Positions 25,507 through 32,000 of a stretch of DNA of 32,000 nt are shown here, piece after piece. Origin of the DNA: Copranaerobaculum intestinale (GTDB taxonomy: Bacteria > Bacillota_I > Bacilli_A > Erysipelotrichales > Erysipelotrichaceae); assembly GCF_009831105.1 (NCBI RefSeq), contig NZ_WUUQ01000002.1, positions 210,001 to 242,000 on the forward strand. Direction: 5' to 3'. Each line of letters opens with the position of its first letter. The stretch's first letter is position 1. Both the position numbers and the translations under genes were made by a program. The notes below the pieces were generated by a model that was not told the origin of the DNA, did no database searches, and saw only the letters and a list, made by a program, of their open reading frames with translations.

Positions 25507-25521
25507 ACACATTCTTTTTTT
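25495..25521 (+). terminator. Rho-independent terminator overlapping the stop codon
   Basis: The stem GAATGTG (25495-25501) pairs with CACATTC (25508-25514). A T7 run follows. Confidence 0.8.
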
Positions 25522-25589
25522 ATGGGCATGACAGTGGATGAATTATGCTCCCTTTTGTATACTAAGATCAGTACGCAAAGGAGAAGACT

Positions 25590-28106
25590 ATGAAGATCAT
25601 AAAACGAGATGGGAAAAGTGAAAGCTATCAGGATGAGAAAATAAAAAATGCCATCCGAAAAGCGTTTTTGCCCCAGGATGAATTACTTAAGGAAACCGAG
25701 CTGCAGGAAATCTGTAATGCCATCCGGTCATATTTCGATAACCGTAAAGCAGTGCCTACTGTTGAAAAGATTCAGGATTTGGTAGAAGAACAGCTCATGG
25801 AACGCGGCTTTTTCAAAGAGGCGAAGCGTTATATCCTGTATCGTGAAAAACGTACGCAGGATCGAACCTGGCTGCTTTCCCTGCAGGGGTTGTTTGCCTC
25901 TAAGCAAATCCACCAGACTTTGATGGAAACACAGCGGGCATATCCGCAGGAGGAGTATTCATTTCGCTTTCTTTATCTGAAGCTTCAGGCATTTTTGAAA
26001 GAGGGCATGCAGGATGATGAGAAGCTCAGCATGCTGATGAAGGCCAGCGTTGAGTTGATCAGTCAGGAAGCTCCTAAGTGGGAATATATCGCCGCCCGGT
26101 TTTTATCACTGGATATTCATCGTCGTATTGATGCGTATATGCTTCCCCGCGGGATTGACACGATGGCTAAAAAGATGCTGTATCTCGATGAATCAGGATA
26201 TTTGGGAAAGTATATTCGGCAAAGCTATCGGGATGAAGATATTGCGGAGCTGGAAGCATATCTGAAACCGGAACGTGATCATTTGTTTACATACAGTGGC
26301 CTGGAGCTGGTCATGAAGCGTTATCTGATTACTTCTAATGCGCATGAACTGCTGGAAACTCCGCAGGAGATGTTTATGGGCATTGCGATGCACTTGGCAA
26401 TTCCGGAAAAGCAGCGGGTCTATTGGGCCAAACAGATTTATGATATTCTGAGTACCTTGAAGGTTACGATGGCAACCCCGACCATGTCCAATGCCCGTAA
26501 ACCGTATCACCAGCTCTCCTCCTGCTTTATCGATACCGTCCCGGATTCTTTGACCGGTATCTATCAGTCGCTGGATAATTTTGCCCAGGTTTCCAAATAC
26601 GGCGGCGGCATGGGATTGTATTTTGGTAAGGTAAGAGCGGTCGGATCAGATATCCGCGGCTTTGAAGGAGCGGCCGGCGGGGTCATTCGCTGGATCAAGC
26701 TTGTCAACAATACCGCGACTGCGGTGGATCAGCTGGGAGTGCGGCAGGGTGCAGTAGCGGTTTATCTGGATGCATGGCATAAGGATCTGCCGGAATTTCT
26801 GCAGCTGCGCACTAATAATGGAGATGACCGTCAGAAAGCACATGATGTATTTCCGGCCGTCTGCTATCCGGACTTGTTTTGGAAAATGGCTGAGGAGGAC
26901 ATGGATCAGATGTGGTATCTCATGTGTCCTCATGAAATTGAAACAGTTAAGGGCTACTGCTTGGAAGACAGCTTTGGCGAGCTGTGGGAAAAGCGTTATC
27001 TGGAATGCGTGCAGGACTCCCGCATTTCCAAGCGGGCAATTTCATTAAAAGAACTGATTCGATTAATTATCAAATCTGCGGTAGAAACCGGTACGCCGTT
27101 TGCCTTTATGCGGGATACTGTCAATCGTTTGAATCCCAATGCTCATAAAGGCATGATCTACTGTTCCAATCTCTGTACGGAAATTGCTCAGAATATGTCT
27201 TCCATTCAGGAAATTGACAAGCAGATCGTAGAAGTTGACGGAGCAACAATTGTGGTGGAGCGAAACAAAGCCGGCGATTTTGTCGTATGTAATCTCGCAT
27301 CGCTGATTCTGGGGAATATGAATGTGAATGATCCCGATGAATTGAAAAATACGATTCGGGTAACGGTGAGGGCGTTAGACAATGTGATCGATCTGAATTA
27401 CTATCCGCTGCCCTATGCGAAAATAACCAATCAGCATTACCGATCGATCGGACTTGGAACCAGCGGCTATCATCATATGCTCGTAAAGCAGGGGATCGCA
27501 TTTGAATCAGAGGAGCATCTCACCTTTGTCGATAAGCTGTATGAGGATATCAACTATTACACGATCGAGGCGAGCAGCGATTTGGCCAAAGAAAAAGGCC
27601 GTTATGATTATTTCGAAGGTTCTAAGTGGCAAACCGGTGAATATTTTGAAGAACGCGGCTACCGGGAGAAGCGCTGGAAGCTGCTTCGAGAACAGGTTCA
27701 AGAGCAGGGTATGCGAAATGCTTATTTGCTGGCGATTGCACCGACTTCATCAACATCGATCATTGCCGGAACCAGTGCAGCGGTTGATCCGATCATGAAT
27801 AAATTCTTCATGGAGGAGAAAAAGGGAAGTATGATCGCTAGAGTGGCGCCGGATTTGAGTCCGAAGACATTTTGGTTGTATAAGAATGCCCACCTGATCG
27901 ATCAGCAGTGGGTGGTAAAAGCTGCCGGTGTCCGCCAGCGCCATATCGATCAAGCACAGTCAGTAAACCTGTATATCACAAATGAATTTACCATGCGGCA
28001 GGTATTCAATTTGTATCTGGAAGCGTGGAAGCAGGGCGTAAAAACAATTTATTATGTCCGCAGTAAATCACTTGAAGTAGAAGAATGCGAATCCTGCGCA
28101 TCCTAA
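25590..28106 (+). CDS. nrdA: Class I ribonucleotide reductase large subunit with an N-terminal ATP-cone
   Basis: 838 aa. The ATP-cone is MKIIKRDGKSESY..KI..AI. Active-site blocks are LSSCFID, CSNLCTEI and VVCNLASL. It also has the TIYYVR tyrosine pair and a C-terminal CESC redox tail. Confidence 0.92.
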   Translation: MKIIKRDGKSESYQDEKIKNAIRKAFLPQDELLKETELQEICNAIRSYFDNRKAVPTVEKIQDLVEEQLMERGFFKEAKRYILYREKRTQDRTWLLSLQGLFASKQIHQTLMETQRAYPQEEYSFRFLYLKLQAFLKEGMQDDEKLSMLMKASVELISQEAPKWEYIAARFLSLDIHRRIDAYMLPRGIDTMAKKMLYLDESGYLGKYIRQSYRDEDIAELEAYLKPERDHLFTYSGLELVMKRYLITSNAHELLETPQEMFMGIAMHLAIPEKQRVYWAKQIYDILSTLKVTMATPTMSNARKPYHQLSSCFIDTVPDSLTGIYQSLDNFAQVSKYGGGMGLYFGKVRAVGSDIRGFEGAAGGVIRWIKLVNNTATAVDQLGVRQGAVAVYLDAWHKDLPEFLQLRTNNGDDRQKAHDVFPAVCYPDLFWKMAEEDMDQMWYLMCPHEIETVKGYCLEDSFGELWEKRYLECVQDSRISKRAISLKELIRLIIKSAVETGTPFAFMRDTVNRLNPNAHKGMIYCSNLCTEIAQNMSSIQEIDKQIVEVDGATIVVERNKAGDFVVCNLASLILGNMNVNDPDELKNTIRVTVRALDNVIDLNYYPLPYAKITNQHYRSIGLGTSGYHHMLVKQGIAFESEEHLTFVDKLYEDINYYTIEASSDLAKEKGRYDYFEGSKWQTGEYFEERGYREKRWKLLREQVQEQGMRNAYLLAIAPTSSTSIIAGTSAAVDPIMNKFFMEEKKGSMIARVAPDLSPKTFWLYKNAHLIDQQWVVKAAGVRQRHIDQAQSVNLYITNEFTMRQVFNLYLEAWKQGVKTIYYVRSKSLEVEECESCAS

Positions 28107-28115
28107 GGAGGAAAT

Positions 28116-29159
28116 ATGAGCGAATTAAAACGAAAGGCCCTGTTTAATGCGGCCGGTGATATAGAAGTAACCAAACGCAGAATGATCAATGGCAATACGA
28201 CCAATCTAAATGATTTCAATAATATGAAATATGCGTGGGCATCCGATTGGTACCGGCAGGCCATGAACAATTTCTGGATTCCGGAAGAGATCAATTTGGG
28301 TCAGGACATCAAAGATTATCGTCAGCTGTCCTTGGCCGAACGAACAGCATATGACAAAACGTTATCCTTTCTGATTTTTCTGGACAGCATTCAGACGGCG
28401 AATTTGCCTAGCATTGGAGAATATATCACTGCTAATGAGGTAAATCTGTGCTTAAATATTCAAACCTTTCAGGAAGCGGTTCATTCTCAGAGCTATTCTT
28501 ATATGCTGGACAGCATCTGTTCACCGGATGAACGCACAAAAATCCTGTATCAATGGAAGGATGACAAGCATTTGTTGGAGCGTAATGAATTCATCGGCAA
28601 TCTGTATAATGAATTTCAGCTTCACCAGGATGGTTTCCAGCTGGTAAAGACGGCCATTGCCAATTTTATTTTAGAGGGCATCTATTTCTATTCCGGATTT
28701 ATGTTTTTCTACAATCTGGGCCGTATGGGAAAAATGCCGGGATCGGTGCAGGAAATCCGCTATATCAACCGTGATGAGAATACGCATTTGTGGCTTTTCC
28801 GTTCGATCATCCTGGAGCTTCAAAAGGAAGAACCGGATTTATTCACTTTAGAAAAAATGGATATTTATCGTGAGATGCTGAAAGAGGGAGTGCGTCAGGA
28901 AATCGCTTGGGGAGAATACATCATCGGCAATGATATTGAAGGGCTGACGATGCAGATGGTATCAGACTATATCAAGTATTTGGGCAATCTGCGCAGTACC
29001 TCGATCGGACTGGGTGTTTTGTATGAAGGATACGAAAAAGAACCTTCGACGATGGAATGGGTATCGGTTTACAGCAATGCCAATTTGATCAAAACTGATT
29101 TCTTTGAAGCACGTTCCAGCGCATATGCCAAATCAACCGCATTGGTGGATGATTTGTAA
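28116..29159 (+). CDS. nrdB: Class I ribonucleotide reductase small (radical-generating) subunit
   Basis: 347 aa. Di-metal ligand blocks are FLDSIQ (D), QEAVHSQSYSY (E, H, radical Tyr), LEGIYFYSGF (E) and RDENTHL (E, H). The acidic C-terminal tail ends in ALVDDL. Confidence 0.92.
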   Translation: MSELKRKALFNAAGDIEVTKRRMINGNTTNLNDFNNMKYAWASDWYRQAMNNFWIPEEINLGQDIKDYRQLSLAERTAYDKTLSFLIFLDSIQTANLPSIGEYITANEVNLCLNIQTFQEAVHSQSYSYMLDSICSPDERTKILYQWKDDKHLLERNEFIGNLYNEFQLHQDGFQLVKTAIANFILEGIYFYSGFMFFYNLGRMGKMPGSVQEIRYINRDENTHLWLFRSIILELQKEEPDLFTLEKMDIYREMLKEGVRQEIAWGEYIIGNDIEGLTMQMVSDYIKYLGNLRSTSIGLGVLYEGYEKEPSTMEWVSVYSNANLIKTDFFEARSSAYAKSTALVDDL

Positions 29160-29166
29160 GTGTTTG

Positions 29167-29191
29167 ACCCGCTGAAAAAAGCGGGTTTTTT
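29167..29191 (+). terminator. Rho-independent terminator
   Basis: The stem ACCCGC (29167-29172) pairs with GCGGGT (29181-29186). A T6 run follows. Confidence 0.85.
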
Positions 29192-29211
29192 CATGATTTT
29201 TTACAAATTGC

Positions 29212-29263
29212 TTGCCTATGCAACTAGTTGGTGGTATCCTAATAAAGGTTGCCTATGCAACTA
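29212..29263 (+). promoter_or_regulatory. marR-MATE promoter with a duplicated 15-bp operator-like box
   Basis: TTGCCTATGCAACTA occurs at 29212-29226 and again, identically, at 29249-29263. The first copy supplies the -35 TTGCCT. TGgTATCCT (29232-29240) is an extended -10 with a 17-nt spacer. Confidence 0.55.
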
Positions 29264-29281
29264 TTGAATAGGAGTACAAAT

Positions 29282-29737
29282 ATGGAAGAAAAAATGCGGG
29301 TAAACCGAACAATATCCATCCTGTATCGGCTGGGACATATGTATTTTGATCGGGATCTGGAGCCTTATCAGATCGGCAGCGGTCAGCAATTTTTTTTGCT
29401 TACGATCGGCAAGAATCCGGGGATCAGTCTCTATGAGTTGGCGCAGCACGGCTGCTATGATAAGGGAACGACGACCCGAGCGGTGCGCAAGCTGGAAGAG
29501 GAAGGCTTTATTCAGCGCGTGATCGATACGCGGGATAAACGCTATCATCAGCTTTACATAACAGAAAAGGCAGAACGTTTGATTCCAGTTATTGAACAAT
29601 CGCTGGAGGACTGGAATGCTATCATTACCGATGGTTTGGATGAGAAGCAGCAGGAATCACTGATTCAGCTGACTGATCAGCTGGCAATCAATGCTTCCAA
29701 GGCGGTTATGAAAGATAGAAAGAGGGATAAAGAATGA
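29282..29737 (+). CDS. MarR family transcriptional regulator
   Basis: The start is trimmed to the ATG at 29282, with AGGAG 8 nt upstream. The wHTH region ELAQHGCYDKGTTTRAVRKLEEEGFIQRV..D.RDKR is typical of MarR. Confidence 0.88.
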   Translation: MEEKMRVNRTISILYRLGHMYFDRDLEPYQIGSGQQFFLLTIGKNPGISLYELAQHGCYDKGTTTRAVRKLEEEGFIQRVIDTRDKRYHQLYITEKAERLIPVIEQSLEDWNAIITDGLDEKQQESLIQLTDQLAINASKAVMKDRKRDKE

Positions 29738-31149
29738 GCGAAGCAAGCACCAAAAATATACTGGGCTATTATCCGGTAGGCAAACTGATGCGGATGTTTG
29801 CCCTGCCGGCGGTGATCTCGATGCTGGTAAATTCCATCTACAACATCGTGGATCAAATCTTTATCGGCTGGGGTGTCGGATATTTGGGAAATGCCGCTAC
29901 GACGGTAGCGTATCCGATTGTAACCATTGTTTTATCAGTGGGTACATTGCTTGGGGCCGGAGGCAGTGCTTATGCGGCTATCAAGCTTGGTGAAAAACAT
30001 GTGAAGGAAGCAGAGCATACGGTGACAACAGTTTTTATCCTGCTGGTTGGAGTGGGCATTATCATGGCCATCGGCGGATTACTTTTTTTAGATCCGATCC
30101 TGAAGCTGTTCGGTGCTACTTCAAACGTGATGGGATACGCGCGAGACTATACCTCCGTGATCCTGATCGGTGTGCCGTTTAATTTGATTGGTATCGGTAT
30201 GTCCAATATGGCCAGGACCGACGGCAGTCCTAAGCTTGCGATGTACAGTGTGCTGGCCGGATGCATTCTGAATACGATCCTGGATCCGGTTTATATCTTT
30301 GTCTTCCACTGGGGCGTGTTTGGGGCAGCCGTTGCGACGATTACCTCACAGATTATTTCCGCAGTGATCTTGACGCATTATTTTTTCCGTAAATCAAATA
30401 TGCGGATTCGTATCAATGCATTACATATTCATTTCAATATCGCCCGCAAGGCAGTTATTCTTGGAGTATCCAGCTGTATTACGCAGCTGGCCGCAACAAT
30501 ACTGCAGATCGTCATGAACAATTCTCTGGTTTACTATGGTGATCAGACAACGGTTGGCGGTGATGTAGCGCTGAGCGCGATGGGCATCGTTATGAAAGTC
30601 AGTATGATTCTTACCTCGATCTGTATTGGTATCGGAATCGGATCCCAGCCGATCCTGGGCTTCAATCGAGGTGCCAATAATCCGCATCGCATCAAGGAAA
30701 CATATATCAAGGCAGTGACAATGGCTACCATTGTTGCGACGATCGGCTGGCTGCTGTGTATGCTGATTCCGGATGTATTATTATCGATCTTCGGTTCTAA
30801 TGATGCTAATTTCTTTGCGTTTGCGCAGAAATGTATGCGGCTGTTTATGCTGGGAGTATTCTTTGCGGGATTCCAAATTGTTTCGACCAATTATTTTCAG
30901 GCAACCGGTCAGCCGGCAAAGGCTTCGATCTTATCCATGATGCGGCAGCTGATCCTGTTAATTCCGCTGATTCTGATCCTGCCGACGAAATTTGGATTGG
31001 ATGGTGTTTTATATGCCGGTCCGATTGCGGATATCAGTTCCGGGTTGATTGTATTGGCGTTTATCATTCATGAAATGAAACGGTTGAATCGCTGGATCAA
31101 AGAGAATGACGACAAGGAAGAGGGTCAGCGTGAAACTCAGCCTGCTTAA
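29734..31149 (+). CDS. MATE family efflux transporter
   Basis: 471 aa with about 12 TM segments. An ATGA overlap joins it to marR. The N-terminal block LPAVISMLVNSIYNIVDQIFIG is typical of MATE/NorM-like proteins. Confidence 0.88.
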   Translation: MSEASTKNILGYYPVGKLMRMFALPAVISMLVNSIYNIVDQIFIGWGVGYLGNAATTVAYPIVTIVLSVGTLLGAGGSAYAAIKLGEKHVKEAEHTVTTVFILLVGVGIIMAIGGLLFLDPILKLFGATSNVMGYARDYTSVILIGVPFNLIGIGMSNMARTDGSPKLAMYSVLAGCILNTILDPVYIFVFHWGVFGAAVATITSQIISAVILTHYFFRKSNMRIRINALHIHFNIARKAVILGVSSCITQLAATILQIVMNNSLVYYGDQTTVGGDVALSAMGIVMKVSMILTSICIGIGIGSQPILGFNRGANNPHRIKETYIKAVTMATIVATIGWLLCMLIPDVLLSIFGSNDANFFAFAQKCMRLFMLGVFFAGFQIVSTNYFQATGQPAKASILSMMRQLILLIPLILILPTKFGLDGVLYAGPIADISSGLIVLAFIIHEMKRLNRWIKENDDKEEGQRETQPA

Positions 31150-31179
31150 ATCTTGCTGATCATTGTCAAAAAAAGTATT

Positions 31180-31203
31180 GCACGGGAAAACCGTGCTTTT
31201 TTT
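31180..31203 (+). terminator. Rho-independent terminator
   Basis: The stem GCACGG (31180-31185) pairs with CCGTGC (31191-31196). A T7 run follows. Confidence 0.85.
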
Positions 31204-31274
31204 ATCCTTCAGGCATACCGGTTTCCAATTGGGCAAAAATGAATATAATAGAGTATGAAAATGCGAGGGATCTT

Positions 31275-32000
31275 ATGAACATACAGAAATACATCGATGT
31301 GCTGTCACATCTTCAAATAGCATGGAAGCAAAATGAGCGAATTGCGGCATATACCAGCTTAAAGATCGGCGGACCGGCAGCCCTGGTCGTGAAACCAAGC
31401 AATGATGAACAGCTGCATTTGGCATTTCAGGAGGCAAAGCGCCTTCAGCTGCCGGTATGCATGATCGGAAACGGGTCTAATATACTGGCGGATGATTGCG
31501 GCTATGATGGGGTGCTGATCGTAACGCCGCCTTTTTTTCATAGCATTGAACGCAGGGAAGGCAACGTTATTTATGCCCAGGCGGGAGCCAGTCTGAGGGA
31601 TGTTTGTTTATTTGCGCGGGATGAATCCTTAGGCGGCATGGAATTTGCATATGGAATTCCGGCAACGGTTGGCGGAGCCGTCTATATGAATGCGGGAGCT
31701 TACGGTGGTGAAATAAAGGACATTCTGTTATCCTGCCGCTTTCTGGATGAGCATGGAGAATGGCATGTAAAACATGTATCTGATCTGCAGTTCAGCTATC
31801 GTCAAAGTCTGTTTACCGACCGCGAGGTTTGTGTGGCGGATGCATTATTTCAGCTGTATCCGGATGACAAAAAGAAAATTGCTGCGAAAATGGAGGAACT
31901 GATGGAAAAACGGCGGCAGAAGCAGCCGTTAGAATATGCCAGTGCCGGAAGTACCTTTAAGCGGCCGCAGGGGAATTATGCTTCAGCATTAATAGAACAG
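31275..32000 (+). CDS. murB: UDP-N-acetylenolpyruvoylglucosamine reductase, 5' part (runs off the window)
   Basis: This ORF is not in the supplied track. I translated by hand from the ATG at 31275 and found 242 codons with no stop up to the window end. It carries YTSLKIGGPA, IGNGSNIL, GIPATVGGAVYMNAGAYGGE and SAGSTFKRP. The RBS GAGGGA lies upstream. Confidence 0.9.
   Translation, partial: MNIQKYIDVLSHLQIAWKQNERIAAYTSLKIGGPAALVVKPSNDEQLHLAFQEAKRLQLPVCMIGNGSNILADDCGYDGVLIVTPPFFHSIERREGNVIYAQAGASLRDVCLFARDESLGGMEFAYGIPATVGGAVYMNAGAYGGEIKDILLSCRFLDEHGEWHVKHVSDLQFSYRQSLFTDREVCVADALFQLYPDDKKKIAAKMEELMEKRRQKQPLEYASAGSTFKRPQGNYASALIEQ

Noticed and set aside
25507-25589. NrdR boxes or a B12 riboswitch upstream of nrdA
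   Set aside because: The leader is only about 80 nt. I see no 16-bp ACACwAtATaTwGTGT-type palindromes. The only hairpin is the terminator of the preceding gene.
1-32000. A mobile element, genomic island, CRISPR array, defence system, or tRNA/rRNA genes
   Set aside because: I found no integrase, transposase or recombinase motifs, no long terminal inverted or direct repeats, no repeat-spacer arrays and no tRNA-like cloverleaf regions. Composition looks uniform by eye. Every ORF of credible size belongs to a recognisable metabolic, transport or regulatory family.

Overview
This looks like an ordinary chromosomal segment of a low-GC Gram-positive bacterium (Bacillota). Gene content and style suggest Erysipelotrichales or Clostridia, but I cannot verify that without a search. 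Coding density is high and almost everything is on the + strand. I found no tRNA, rRNA, CRISPR array, transposase or integrase. From left to right the window holds: the tail of a PG-binding protein, a DagK-type lipid kinase (-), and a nitroreductase. A roughly 12.5 kb peptide uptake and hydrolysis locus follows. It carries three paralogous M24 peptidases, a five-gene Opp/Dpp-type ABC importer, PepD, an MFS transporter and a divergent guanylate-kinase-like gene. After it come a 479-aa regulator made of two complete GntR-type modules in one chain, a pirin, an ABC-F ATPase, and an APC/LAT amino-acid permease whose last transmembrane helix sits in another frame. The rest is a D-2-hydroxyacid dehydrogenase, galE, a leaderless M15A lysin with a PG-binding domain (-), an orphan feoA, a soluble TPR-GGDEF diguanylate cyclase, class I nrdA/nrdB, a marR-MATE pair and the 5' part of murB. 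Two items deserve the closest look. One is the peptidase-rich Opp locus with its embedded gmk paralog. The other is the adjacent single-chain tandem GntR protein. Its promoter and the peptide-locus promoter both carry a TGTAT-N5/6-ATACA palindrome over the -10 element. All functional calls rest on motif recognition by eye. No database search or computation was run.
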